Shown: piece by piece, positions 1-9,211 of the stretch
Layout of the letters: the number at the start of each line of letters is the position of its first letter
Numbering within the stretch: the stretch's first letter is position 1
Source: Candidatus Paceibacter sp.
GTDB lineage: Bacteria; Patescibacteriota; Minisyncoccia; UBA9983
NCBI GenBank assembly: GCA_013360865.1
Contig: JABWAS010000003.1
Coordinates: forward strand, 681-64,680
Reading direction: 5' to 3'
DNA: 64,000 nucleotides
Made by a program: the position numbers and the translations under genes
Notes under the pieces: model-generated
What the model was told of the DNA's origin: nothing
The model's input: the letters and a program-made list of their open reading frames with translations, nothing else
Databases searched by the model: none

Positions 1-726
1 GGCGTTAACCAAAATTATCACCGGACCGACCGGCCAGCCGAATATTCCGGCCAGCGCGACGCCCGAACCAGCCGTGACCGCGCCGGCAATCATCGCCGCG
101 TAAGAATATTGAAACATGCTCCGGCTGAAGTTTCTGGAAGCGGCGGCCGGAAGAATTATCAAGGCGCTGGTTAAAAGCGTTCCGGCAACCTTGACGCCGA
201 AGGCGATTATCAGGGCGATGGACAAGAGATAAATGAGATTATATTTCCAGATTTTCACCTTGCCGGCCAGCGCCAAATCCTCGGAAACGTAAGCCAGCAT
301 AAGTTTGGGATAAATTTTCCTGATAAGAAAGAAAACCAAAATCGCGACGACAACCGCCGATACCGCGTCAGCGGCGGATATTCTGGAAATGTCGCCGAAC
401 AAGGCATGGATCAATTCCTCGTCCGGAGTAATAAGATAACCGACGGCAAGACTTAACACAAATACCACGCCTACCAGAGTCTCCACCGCCAGTTTGGTTT
501 TAATCTCCAGCGCCCAAATAACAATCGTGCCGATTAAAAGAGAGGCCAGCGCCCCCAGCGACATATTTATGCCGTAAAGAAACGCCAGACCGACTCCGGG
601 CAAAGCCACGTGGCTAAGCACGTCTCCCGCCAGAACCATTTTCCTGGTGGCCATCAGCGAACCGATGTAACCGGCCGCCCCGCCAATAAAAACCGCCGTT
701 ATTAAACTTAAAAAATCAATGCTCAT
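1..726 (-). CDS. znuB: Zn/Mn ABC transporter permease (ZnuB-like), runs off window start
   Basis: Manual translation from ATG 726: MSIDFLSLITAVFIGGAAGYIGSLMATRKMVLAGDVLSHVALPG (ABC-3 D-x-x-S-H-x-A-L-P-G motif); later VKVAGTLLTSALIILPAA; overlaps the ATPase stop. Confidence 0.9.
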   Translation of the reverse strand, partial: MSIDFLSLITAVFIGGAAGYIGSLMATRKMVLAGDVLSHVALPGVGLAFLYGINMSLGALASLLIGTIVIWALEIKTKLAVETLVGVVFVLSLAVGYLITPDEELIHALFGDISRISAADAVSAVVVAILVFFLIRKIYPKLMLAYVSEDLALAGKVKIWKYNLIYLLSIALIIAFGVKVAGTLLTSALIILPAAASRNFSRSMFQYSYAAMIAGAVTAGSGVALAGIFGWPVGPVIILVNA

Positions 727-1630
727 GGGTGTAAAAATTAACTTCCCCGCCGTAAAGCTTGTTCAGGCTGCTTGGCTCCAACGCCTGTTTGGGTTCGCCG
801 AAGCAGACCATTTCTTTGTTCAGACACAAAACTTTATTGGCGAACTTGTAAACCACGTTGAGGTCGTGCGTAACTAAAATAATGGATAAATTTCTTTCCT
901 TCTCCATCTGCCAGAGAAGATTGTAGACCGTCTCCTCGCCGCCAATGTCTATGCCCGATGTCGGCTCGTCAAAAAGAAGAACCTGCGGCTCGCCTATCAA
1001 TCCCCAGGCCACCAGAGTTCTCTGCAATTGGCCTGAAGAAATGTCGCTTATTCTTTTCTTTAAAAAATTTTTATCGACTAAACCAACTGACTGCAGCAAA
1101 GCGGCGGCCTGATCTTTTTTGGCTCCCTTTATTTTGAAGAATTCTTCAACACTCAAAGGCAAACCTTTCTCCGGCAGAATTTTTTGCGGGACGTAACTTA
1201 TTTTCAGGCCTGGCTCCCATTTTATTTGCCCGGCCACCTTTCCCGAACCGTCGGAGTAAGGGAGGACACCGAGAAGCGCTTTCAGTAAAACGCTTTTACC
1301 GGCGCCGTTTGGGCCGACGACGGCCAGGTTTTCGCCCTCTTTTAAATTAAAGCTCAAGTTCCCTATCACAATCTCGCCGCCAAAGCTCACGCTCAAATTA
1401 TTAACTTCCAAAATATTTTTCTTTTCAGCCGCTGTCGCGACAGGAAAAGATTCCGGCACGGTCGCCTTTTCTTCGGCTTTAACCGACGACTTGACTTCAG
1501 GTTCAGGCGCAATTACAGGCACGGGTTTTTGTTCATTTAACTGAACAGGAGCGGCAAAATTGTCGGCGCCCAGATGTCGCATTTTTTCTTCTTTACCTTT
1601 CAGAAGTTTGTCAAAATAATCGTTTGCCAT
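716..1630 (-). CDS. znuC: Metal ABC transporter ATP-binding protein (ZnuC-like) with ~70-aa low-complexity N-terminal extension
   Basis: Walker A GPNGAGKS, signature ISSGQLQR, Walker B LLFDEPTSGID, H-loop VTHDL, His-rich C-terminus; start taken at ATG 1630 (ORF track opens at 1681). Confidence 0.9.
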   Translation of the reverse strand: MANDYFDKLLKGKEEKMRHLGADNFAAPVQLNEQKPVPVIAPEPEVKSSVKAEEKATVPESFPVATAAEKKNILEVNNLSVSFGGEIVIGNLSFNLKEGENLAVVGPNGAGKSVLLKALLGVLPYSDGSGKVAGQIKWEPGLKISYVPQKILPEKGLPLSVEEFFKIKGAKKDQAAALLQSVGLVDKNFLKKRISDISSGQLQRTLVAWGLIGEPQVLLFDEPTSGIDIGGEETVYNLLWQMEKERNLSIILVTHDLNVVYKFANKVLCLNKEMVCFGEPKQALEPSSLNKLYGGEVNFYTHEH

Positions 1631-1773
1631 TTCCCTGTCAAATAAAATTTTATTGATTATTGGTTGATAATTTTTTATCAATTAAAACAATTTAATTATA
1701 ACAATTTTAAAATATTAAAAAATAATCAAATTTTAACTTTTAATTCCTAAGAATTAAAAGTTATTTGACGGGG

Positions 1774-3156
1774 TCAAAACATCAAATCGTTGGCCTCTTT
1801 GCGGGGCGCGCCTTTCTCCATCTCAACTTTCAGCTCCGCTATCCTGTCCTGGATCATGGCCGCCTGATGATAATCATCGCGGCGCGCCGATTCGCGCATT
1901 CTTTCTTCCATCGCCTTTATCATCTCTTCGTACTCTTCCCTGCTCATGAAAAATTTTTCTTTCTCCTCCAGGCGCTGCCTTATCTCCTCGTTCTCGCCGC
2001 GCGAAAGCTCGTCCACCAAACCCGTCCTCTGCCAGGAGAAAGCGGTAAAAACTATGTTTTTATACAATTCCTCCGCCGTTTCTTTTTCTTCTTTTTTGGC
2101 CGCCTTGGAATTTTTTATTATTTCTTTTAAGTCGTGCGCGCCGCGCTCTATCCACTCCAGGCTCCACCACGGCCGGGCGGAAGACCACCAAAACTGGTCG
2201 GAGGCAAGCGTCTGGTCAAGATACTTTCTTATGACGGCGTCGTTTTTGTCCGCCGATTCCAGCGCCAAATTAAGAAGCCGCCATTGCCATTGCTGGATTT
2301 CATTGTCTCTGTTGTTCCAACGGAAGTAGGGCTGGCCGATTTTGAAGTCTCGCGGCACCGCCGCCCAAGTTGAAGGGCGCGGCTCAATCGTTTCTCTTTT
2401 CGTAAAATTGAGCAAAACTTCGCTTATCGTCAGCGGCTTTATTTTCTCTTCTTTCATCAGGTCAAAAAGAAGTCTCTCCAGCCCAGGCCGGTGGTGGCCG
2501 AAAATTTCTCCGTCCATGGCCGTAAGAGCGTAAGTGTTTTCTTCACCCGCCTCGCCTTCCAACGTCCGCAAAATGCCGGGCATTGAGCTTTCCGCCGAGG
2601 CGGACAAAATTTTAAAGCTCAACTTTCTCTGCCGGAAGAAAACGGCGAATCCGTCCAGTCCGTCAATTTCGTAAACAACGTCTTTATTCGCTTTCCGCCC
2701 GTCCGGAAACGCCATCTCGTCTATGATTATCCACTTGTAACCGAGTCTTTTGGCCACCTCCGCCACCTTTTTGGAGTAGGCCATTTCCGGCGGAAAGAAA
2801 CCCCCTTTCTTCCAATTCTTCCCGAAATGTTTATTTAATGTTTCCTCGTTTAAAATTATCTGCCGCTCTATTTCCTTCTCCGGCAGCAAGGGCAAGAAGG
2901 CGTGGTACTTGGCGCTGCCGACAAGCTCCACGTTTCCTTTTTCAACCAGTTCGCGGATTTGCTTTAAAATATCCTGCCGGCCGTTTTTCTCCAGCAGGTC
3001 GCACAAAACGCCGCTGATGTTGAGCGTCAGGCGACACCTCTCTATATCCAAAAGACCGGAAAAAATTCTGGCATACGCCTCGGAGGCTATCCTTTTTATT
3101 ATCTCCGGCTTCTGCACCGCCGGTTGGTATATGTGCAAAAAATTGGCCCAGTTCAT
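1774..3156 (-). CDS. GH57 family glycoside hydrolase with C-terminal UVR-like coiled-coil motif
   Basis: GH57 conserved regions HIYQP, GFFPPEMAY (nucleophile E), AMDGEIFGH (acid/base D), ASDQFWW; directly downstream of glgA. Confidence 0.85.
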   Translation of the reverse strand: MNWANFLHIYQPAVQKPEIIKRIASEAYARIFSGLLDIERCRLTLNISGVLCDLLEKNGRQDILKQIRELVEKGNVELVGSAKYHAFLPLLPEKEIERQIILNEETLNKHFGKNWKKGGFFPPEMAYSKKVAEVAKRLGYKWIIIDEMAFPDGRKANKDVVYEIDGLDGFAVFFRQRKLSFKILSASAESSMPGILRTLEGEAGEENTYALTAMDGEIFGHHRPGLERLLFDLMKEEKIKPLTISEVLLNFTKRETIEPRPSTWAAVPRDFKIGQPYFRWNNRDNEIQQWQWRLLNLALESADKNDAVIRKYLDQTLASDQFWWSSARPWWSLEWIERGAHDLKEIIKNSKAAKKEEKETAEELYKNIVFTAFSWQRTGLVDELSRGENEEIRQRLEEKEKFFMSREEYEEMIKAMEERMRESARRDDYHQAAMIQDRIAELKVEMEKGAPRKEANDLMF

Positions 3157-3170
3157 TTTTTAGAATCGGA

Positions 3171-4661
3171 TTAATTTTTTTGGCGATGGAAGCTTATCGC
3201 CTTCGCGAACAAACGGGCGTATTCCGCCGCCGACTTGTCCCAGGAAAAATCGGCGGACATGGCGTTCTTCTGGATTTTCTGCCAGATTTTTTGATGTTTA
3301 TGATTTTCAATAGCCCTGACCACCGCCCCGAAAAGGGAATAGCCGTTAAACTTTTCAAAGACGAAACCGGTTCCCTTTTTAGAAACGGGGTCGTAATCGG
3401 ACACGCTGTCGGCCAGACCGCCCGTCTTCCTCGCTATCGGAATGGCGCCGTATCTCATCGCTTCCATCTGGGTCAGGCCGCACGGCTCAAATTTGGAAGG
3501 AATGACGACGGCGTCGGCTCCGGCAAAAACCATCCTCGGCAAAACATTGTCAAAAGAAAGATGGGTGGCGACGTTGGGATAATTTTTTCCCAGCTCGGTG
3601 AAAAACGACAAATATTTTGAGTCGCCCGTTCCCACCACGACGAGCTGGAAATTAAAATTTTCCAAAAGCGGCGGCAAAGCTTCCATCAACAGGTCCACTC
3701 CTTTCTGTTCGGTGAGTCTGGACACCAAACCGAGGAGAAAAACATCATCCGGTTTATCCGGAAGGTTGAACTTGTGGCGCAGCGCGGTTTTGTTCTTGGC
3801 CCGCTCGCCCAGTTTTTTGGGGTTGTATTTGATCTCAACACTCGGGTCGGTTTCCGGATTATATGTTTCGTAATCTATCCCGTTGAGGATGCCGAACAGG
3901 CGAGACCTCCTTTCCTGCAGAAGCCCGTCCAGCAGTTCGCCATATTCCGGCGTGGTTATTTCCTTGGCGTAAGTGGGAGAAACGGTGTTGACCGCGTCGG
4001 CGTAAATTATCCCCCTTCTCATGGAATTTATTTTCAGCAGCCGCGGGTCCGTTATGTCCGGCACGGGCGAATGGCCGTCGTCGTAATCCATCTCGCTGAC
4101 GAAACGATGGTCAAACACACCCTGATAAGAAAGATTGTGAATGGAGAAAACCGTGGCGATATCTTTCAAAAATGGGTTGTCCTTGTATTTTGTTTTAAGG
4201 TAATTGGGAATGAGGCCGGTCTGCCAGTCGCAGGCCACGATAACGTCCGGCCGCCAGTCTTTGTAAAAACGGATGAACTCCAGCGCCCCCCGGCAAAGAA
4301 GCGCCCACCTGGCCGCGTCGTCGGCGTAGCCGTAAATGTTGGCTCTCTGTTCGTAATACTCCTGATTTTCCAGAAAATAAACGGGAACGGCGGCATTTTC
4401 CGAAGCGAAAGCTTTGACGTTGCATATTATCATTTCCGAATCGTTGTTGGGCACTTCCAGCCGCTCAAAAACCATCCGCGTCGGACAATTTGTCCGGTCT
4501 ATTGAACCGTAAAATGGAAGCATTACGCGCGCGTCGTGCCCCAACTTCGCCAGCGCTTTCGTTAAAGAATGGACGGCGCTGCCCAAACCTCCGGCCTTGG
4601 CGAACGGAGCCGCCTCGGAGGCGACGAAAAGAACTTTTAGCTTGCTGTCTTTTTTAAACAT
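3171..4661 (-). CDS. glgA: Glycogen synthase (GT5)
   Basis: ASEAAPFAKAGGLG, DWQT, FSIHNLSYQG, GILNGID, SRLTEQKG, PSKFEPCGLTQM, TGGLAD, FSWDKSA motifs. Confidence 0.95.
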   Translation of the reverse strand: MFKKDSKLKVLFVASEAAPFAKAGGLGSAVHSLTKALAKLGHDARVMLPFYGSIDRTNCPTRMVFERLEVPNNDSEMIICNVKAFASENAAVPVYFLENQEYYEQRANIYGYADDAARWALLCRGALEFIRFYKDWRPDVIVACDWQTGLIPNYLKTKYKDNPFLKDIATVFSIHNLSYQGVFDHRFVSEMDYDDGHSPVPDITDPRLLKINSMRRGIIYADAVNTVSPTYAKEITTPEYGELLDGLLQERRSRLFGILNGIDYETYNPETDPSVEIKYNPKKLGERAKNKTALRHKFNLPDKPDDVFLLGLVSRLTEQKGVDLLMEALPPLLENFNFQLVVVGTGDSKYLSFFTELGKNYPNVATHLSFDNVLPRMVFAGADAVVIPSKFEPCGLTQMEAMRYGAIPIARKTGGLADSVSDYDPVSKKGTGFVFEKFNGYSLFGAVVRAIENHKHQKIWQKIQKNAMSADFSWDKSAAEYARLFAKAISFHRQKN

Positions 4662-4754
4662 ATGGTTTCTATTATAGTTTTTTTAAAAAAATTGTCATTG
4701 TTTGCCGCGCCGCCAACCTTGCGGAAGTTTAAAAAATAAGTATAATTTAGATTA

Positions 4755-6209
4755 ATGACAGCTAAAAACCTAACATCCAGGCCGCCAGTAGTGGTGGTGA
4801 TGGGACATATTGACCACGGGAAATCAACCCTGCTTGATTACATCAGGAACGCCAATGTCACCGCCAAAGAGGCCGGCGGCATAACCCAGCACATCGGCGC
4901 TTATGAGGCTGAAGTTGAGAGCGGCGGAGAAAAAAGAAAAATAACTTTTCTGGACACTCCCGGGCACGAAGCTTTTTCTCAAATGAGAACGCGCGGAGCC
5001 AGAGTGGCCGACGTGGCCGTTTTGGTGGTAGCGGCGGACGACGGCGTCCAGCCGCAGACAATGGAGGCTTACGAAACTATAAAAAAATCCGGCCTGCCTT
5101 TCATCGTCGCCATCAATAAGATAGACAAACCCGGCGCCGAGCCGGAAAGAGTCAAAGCCCAGCTGGCCGAAAAAGAAATATTTTTGGAAGGCTACGGCGG
5201 CAACATCCCCTTCGCCAACATCTCCGCCAAAACCGGCCAGGGCGTGCCGGAACTTCTGGATTTGGTGCTGCTCCAGGCCGAGCTGGGAGATTTAAAAGCC
5301 GACCCCGAAGAGCCGGCCTCCGGCGTGATAATAGAATCAAAACTTGATCCAAAAAGAGGCATTTCTTCCACATTGCTTATAAGAAACGGCGCGATGAGAA
5401 AAGGGCAGTTCATCGTCGCCGGCCAGGTTTCCGCCCCTGTAAGAATTTTTGAGGACTTCAAAGGACGCCCGTTGCAGGAGGCGACTTTTTCCTCTCCCGT
5501 CAGAATCACCGGCTTCAGCGGACTGCCCGCCGTAGGCGACGAATTCAAAACTTTTGCCGGCAAAAAAGAAGCGGAGCAGTTTATGCTCCAGCTTAAAGAA
5601 AAAATAACCAAAAAATCTTTGCCGGAAAAATCCGCCGCGGCTCCGGAAATCAAAGACAAGGCGTATGTCCGGATGATAATCAAGACGGACACCGCCGGAT
5701 CACTGGAGGCGCTGGAGAAAGAACTGTTCAAACTCAAAGACGACGAGGTTGTCTTAACTATGCTCAAGGGCGGCGTTGGCAACATAAACGAAGATGACGC
5801 CAAATTCGCCTCAGCTTCCTCCGGCTCCGTGATTTTCGGTTTCAACACGGGAGTTGACGCCGCCGCCAAAGAAATAATCGAGCGTTACAAAACGCCGTTT
5901 TTCGTTTCGGACATAATTTACAAAATAAGCGACTGGCTCAAGGAGGAAATCGCCAGAAGAAAAGCGGAAATTCCAAGGGAGGAAATCATCGGCACGGCCA
6001 AAATACTAAAAACTTTCAGCCGTCAGAAAAACAAACAGGTCATCGGCGGAAAAGTTGTTTCCGGCAAAATGGTTGAGGGCAAAACCTTCAAAATCAAAAG
6101 GCGCGACGCCGAGATTGGCGAAGGACGAATTCGGCGCCATGACGGAAAACAAAATAGAAATCGTCCGCGACGACGAGATAGTGATTATAGGGAAATAAAA
6201 AGAGGCTGA
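4755..6209 (+). CDS. infB: Translation initiation factor IF-2 (short form); C-terminus frameshifted near 6126
   Basis: RPPVVVVMGHIDHGKSTLLD, EAGGITQHIGAY, DTPGHEAF, NKID; IF-2-like tail EFGAMTENKIEIVRDDEIVIIGK* lies in another frame (6127-6198). Confidence 0.95.
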   Translation: MTAKNLTSRPPVVVVMGHIDHGKSTLLDYIRNANVTAKEAGGITQHIGAYEAEVESGGEKRKITFLDTPGHEAFSQMRTRGARVADVAVLVVAADDGVQPQTMEAYETIKKSGLPFIVAINKIDKPGAEPERVKAQLAEKEIFLEGYGGNIPFANISAKTGQGVPELLDLVLLQAELGDLKADPEEPASGVIIESKLDPKRGISSTLLIRNGAMRKGQFIVAGQVSAPVRIFEDFKGRPLQEATFSSPVRITGFSGLPAVGDEFKTFAGKKEAEQFMLQLKEKITKKSLPEKSAAAPEIKDKAYVRMIIKTDTAGSLEALEKELFKLKDDEVVLTMLKGGVGNINEDDAKFASASSGSVIFGFNTGVDAAAKEIIERYKTPFFVSDIIYKISDWLKEEIARRKAEIPREEIIGTAKILKTFSRQKNKQVIGGKVVSGKMVEGKTFKIKRRDAEIGEGRIRRHDGKQNRNRPRRRDSDYREIKRG

Positions 6210-6228
6210 TTTTAGACAGCCTCTTTTT
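6197..6228. terminator. Bidirectional intrinsic terminator between infB and the GNAT gene
   Basis: AAAAAGAGGCTG-attttaga-CAGCCTCTTTTT between convergent genes. Confidence 0.75.
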
Positions 6229-6258
6229 ATTTTCAAGAAAAGATATTACTGAACAAAC

Positions 6259-6804
6259 TTATCCTATTTTTCTAAAAACGGACATCAAGATTTGATCCAA
6301 ATATCTGCCGTTTTTGAATATTTGCCTTTTTCTGCAGCCCTCCACCTTAAAGCCACATCCTTTATAACACTTTATTGCTCTTTTGTTATTGGAAAGAACA
6401 GTTAGACACACTTTGCGCAAATTAAGGGTATTAAAGGCAAAGCCAATAAGCAGTGACACAGCTTCCGTTCCGAAACCCTTGCCCCAATAGCTTTTTTCGC
6501 CGATAGATATGCCAAGAGTGACCGTTCTGTCTTTCCAATTTATTCCATGAAGACCGGCTGTTCCAATCAGAGTTCTCTCAATAGTTTCAACGCCCAACAC
6601 AATATCGCTAGACTTCCGCTTGGAAAGATTTTCAATCCAGCATATTTCTTCGTCTTCATGCATTGGTAAATAAGCCGAAAGATATTGCGTTACTTCCGGA
6701 TCATTTATCCACCGCATTAATTTTCCGACATCGCTTTTTAACAACGGACGAAGATTAACCTTTTCGCCAGGCAAAAATACAACTTTTTCTTCACTGCCAT
6801 CCAT
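6259..6804 (-). CDS. RimJ/RimL-type GNAT acetyltransferase
   Basis: GEKVNLRPL, LGISIGEKSYWGKGFGTEA, NxRAIKCYxxCGFKVEG; strong SD AAAGGAG upstream. Confidence 0.9.
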   Translation of the reverse strand: MDGSEEKVVFLPGEKVNLRPLLKSDVGKLMRWINDPEVTQYLSAYLPMHEDEEICWIENLSKRKSSDIVLGVETIERTLIGTAGLHGINWKDRTVTLGISIGEKSYWGKGFGTEAVSLLIGFAFNTLNLRKVCLTVLSNNKRAIKCYKGCGFKVEGCRKRQIFKNGRYLDQILMSVFRKIG

Positions 6805-7188
6805 AAGACTACTCCTTTCCTTAAAAATGTTTATAAAATTTTAAAAGTGCCATGCATTTGCCAAACAAAATCTCGGCTTTTGTTCAGCCGAGATTTTTCT
6901 AAAAAAGTCTACGTAAATTATTTTTTATAGAAAAATTATAGAATTATCACGGCTAAACAAAAACTTTTTATTCAGGCAAATACCGATAACCTCCAAATAT
7001 GGCATTCGGGCGGTTAAATTCTTATCTAGTTGATGATAATTGTTATTCATATTAACAACTTCAGTTAAGCATAGATTGAAATTATTGTAAAGATTAAATA
7101 TCGGCACCTATTTTGCCTATCGTTCAAATAGGTTCCGTTTTTATAAGCAACTACCCCCTAATTTTGCGATAGCGGGTATGCGTGAAGT

Positions 7189-8477
7189 TTATCTTACCTT
7201 CACGAATTTATAGTCTCTCTTGCCTCTTTTGGCGATGATGTATTTTCCGGACAGTAAATCTTTTTCGCCGAGAACGTAATTTAATTCGCTGACTTTTTCG
7301 CCGAATTTAATTCGCTGACTTTTTCGCCGTTTAGTTCTATGGCGTTGTTTTGAATATCTTCGCGCGCCTGGCGTTTGGAATCAACCACTTTTGCCACCAC
7401 CAAGAAATCGGCGATGTTGAGGCCTCCGCCGGCCAGCGGAAATTTTTCCAGTTTTACCACCGATGAGTCGGTAAAAATTTGTTCCAAGTCGTCTTCGCTC
7501 AAATCTTTTATTTTGCCGCCGAAAAGTTTTTCGGAAATTTTCACGGCGACGGCGCAAGCCTTTTCGCTGTGGACAAAAACCGTTACCTCTTTAGCCAGCG
7601 TTTTCTGCGCTTCTCTTTTCTCCGGTTCTGTTTTTGTTTTTTCTTCCAGCGCTTTTATTTCTTCCAGACTTAAGAATGTATAATATTTTAAAAGTTTAAC
7701 AACATCGGCGTCTGTAGTGTTGAGCCAAAATTGATAAAAATGATAAGGCGAGGTCATTTTCGCGTCCAACCAGACGGCGTTGCCTTCCGATTTGCCGAAC
7801 TTTTTTCCGGAAGCGTCCGTCACTAACGGCCAAGTCAGACCTAAAACCTCCTTGCCTTTTGTCTTTCTCACCAGCTCAATTCCAGCCGTGATATTCCCCC
7901 ACTGGTCGGAACCGGCGATTTGGAATCCGCAGCCGTATTTTTCATCAAGCTGCATAAAGTCATATGCTTGGATGAGAGAGTAGCTGAACTCGGCAAAAGA
8001 AATACCATACTCCAACCGATTTTTTACCGCTTCTTTGGCAAGCATCTCGCTGATAGTAAACTTCTTGCCGATGTCGCGGATGAAATTAATGAAAGAATAA
8101 TCTTTAAACCAGTCGTAATTGTTTACGAATATTGCCTGCTTTTTAAAGTCAAAAAAACGGCCAAGCTGGTTTTTCACTGATTGGGCGTTTTGCTCAACTT
8201 CCTCCTCGCTTTTTAGTTCCCTTTCCGCCATTTTCCCACTTGGGTCGCCAACAAGCCCGGTCGCGCCGCCGACAAGAATAATCGGCTTCAACCCGGCTTG
8301 TTCCAGTCTTTTGGCTGTTATTGTCACCAGCAAATTTCCGACCTGCAAGCTCTCTCCGCTTGGGTCAAAACCACAGTAAAAATTGTTGCCTTTTTTTGCC
8401 AAATACTCTTTTACTTTTTCTTCGTTGGAAACCTGGTAAATAAGCCCTCTCTGTTTTAATTCCTCAAATATGTCCAT
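7189..8477 (-). CDS. tyrS: Tyrosine--tRNA ligase; C-terminus frameshifted by a 26-bp tandem duplication (ORF track stops at 7281)
   Basis: YCGFDPS, QIAGSDQWGNI, KFGKS; removing one repeat copy restores the S4 tail YVLGEKDLLSGKYIIAKRGKRDYKFVKVR* ending at 7189. Confidence 0.95.
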
Positions 8478-8516
8478 AAATTGCTTTTAATTCTAGCAAA
8501 TACGGGCAAAAAAAAC

Positions 8517-8543
8517 AGGGGCTTAGTTTTAACTAAGCCCCTT
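8517..8543 (-). terminator. Intrinsic terminator downstream of the tRNA-like gene
   Basis: AGGGGCTTAGTT-tt-AACTAAGCCCCT hairpin followed on the minus strand by a T tract. Confidence 0.7.
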
Positions 8544-8551
8544 TATATTGA

Positions 8552-8624
8552 TCGGGGTGGCAGGACTTGAACCTGCGACCTCCGCATTGTGGGCGGCGCG
8601 CTTCCTAAGCTGCGCTACACCCCG
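8552..8624 (-). tRNA. tRNA-Pro-like gene with aberrant, shortened anticodon arm (pseudo-tRNA or tRNA-like RNA)
   Basis: CGGGGTG/CACCCCG-A acceptor, GCGC D-stem, GCAGG-TTCAAGT-CCTGC T-arm; anticodon arm is CCGC-CCACAAT-GCGG (15 nt, no U33, no NGG). Confidence 0.7.
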
Positions 8625-8629
8625 GAGAA

Positions 8630-8815
8630 CTAAGCTCTAGTGTCCAGATCAGGGTTAATGTCATCAACCATAATCCAGTGTCCGGCATAACCTTTCCTGT
8701 ACCCTTTTTTAACCATCATTTTGTCTAAATCATCTTGGGTGCAGTTCCAGGTCGGACAAATCAGCGATGCAAAAATATTAACAAAAAAGCTTAAAATTTT
8801 TTCAATAAACTTCAT
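8630..8815 (-). CDS. Small hypothetical protein (61 aa)
   Basis: SD AAGGAG closely upstream of ATG; upstream TTGACT-16-TACTAT promoter; no recognisable family. Confidence 0.55.
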   Translation of the reverse strand: MKFIEKILSFFVNIFASLICPTWNCTQDDLDKMMVKKGYRKGYAGHWIMVDDINPDLDTRA

Positions 8816-8909
8816 TTTATTCTCCTTATAAAAGTTTAGGAAAAATAAATGTCAAAAAACGATACGTTACATATAGTATCATTTTTGGTTAAAAAGTCAA
8901 ATTGGCTAC

Positions 8910-9011
8910 GCGGGTAAGGAGAATCGATCACAAATAATTTGCTTCGCAAATTTTCGCGACCCCACCTCGTTCCGCAAAGCGGAACTCCGGCCTTCGATTC
9001 TCTTACCTGGC
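8910..9011. repeat. tRNA-Gly-associated hairpin element (direct and inverted copies of the tRNA 3' end)
   Basis: 8910-8927 = 9059-9076 (18 bp direct); 8993-9011 is an imperfect inverted copy; internal hairpin AATTTGC-ttc-GCAAATT. Confidence 0.8.
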
Positions 9012-9057
9012 TATAAAAATATATTCGCAAACGCTTCGCGTTTTCTCATTATTTTTA

Positions 9058-9128
9058 TGCGGGTAAGGAGAATCGAACTCCTGTCTCATCCTTGGCAAGG
9101 ACGTGTTCTACCACTAAACCATACCCGC
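9058..9128 (-). tRNA. tRNA-Gly(GCC)
   Basis: GCGGGTATGGTTTAGTGGTAGAACACGTCCTTGCCAAGGATGAGACAGGAGTTCGATTCTCCTTACCCGCA. Confidence 0.95.
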
Positions 9129-9211
9129 CTTCGCTACGCTTCGGCGGGCAGGCCCGCTTTGGCGCAGTTGCAATAAAATAAATTATATACGAATACTACA
9201 AAAAATAAAGG

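Noticed and set aside
6925-7107. 60-aa ORF in the AT-rich tyrS-GNAT spacer
   Set aside because: No ATG start, SD or recognisable motif; consistent with a chance ORF.
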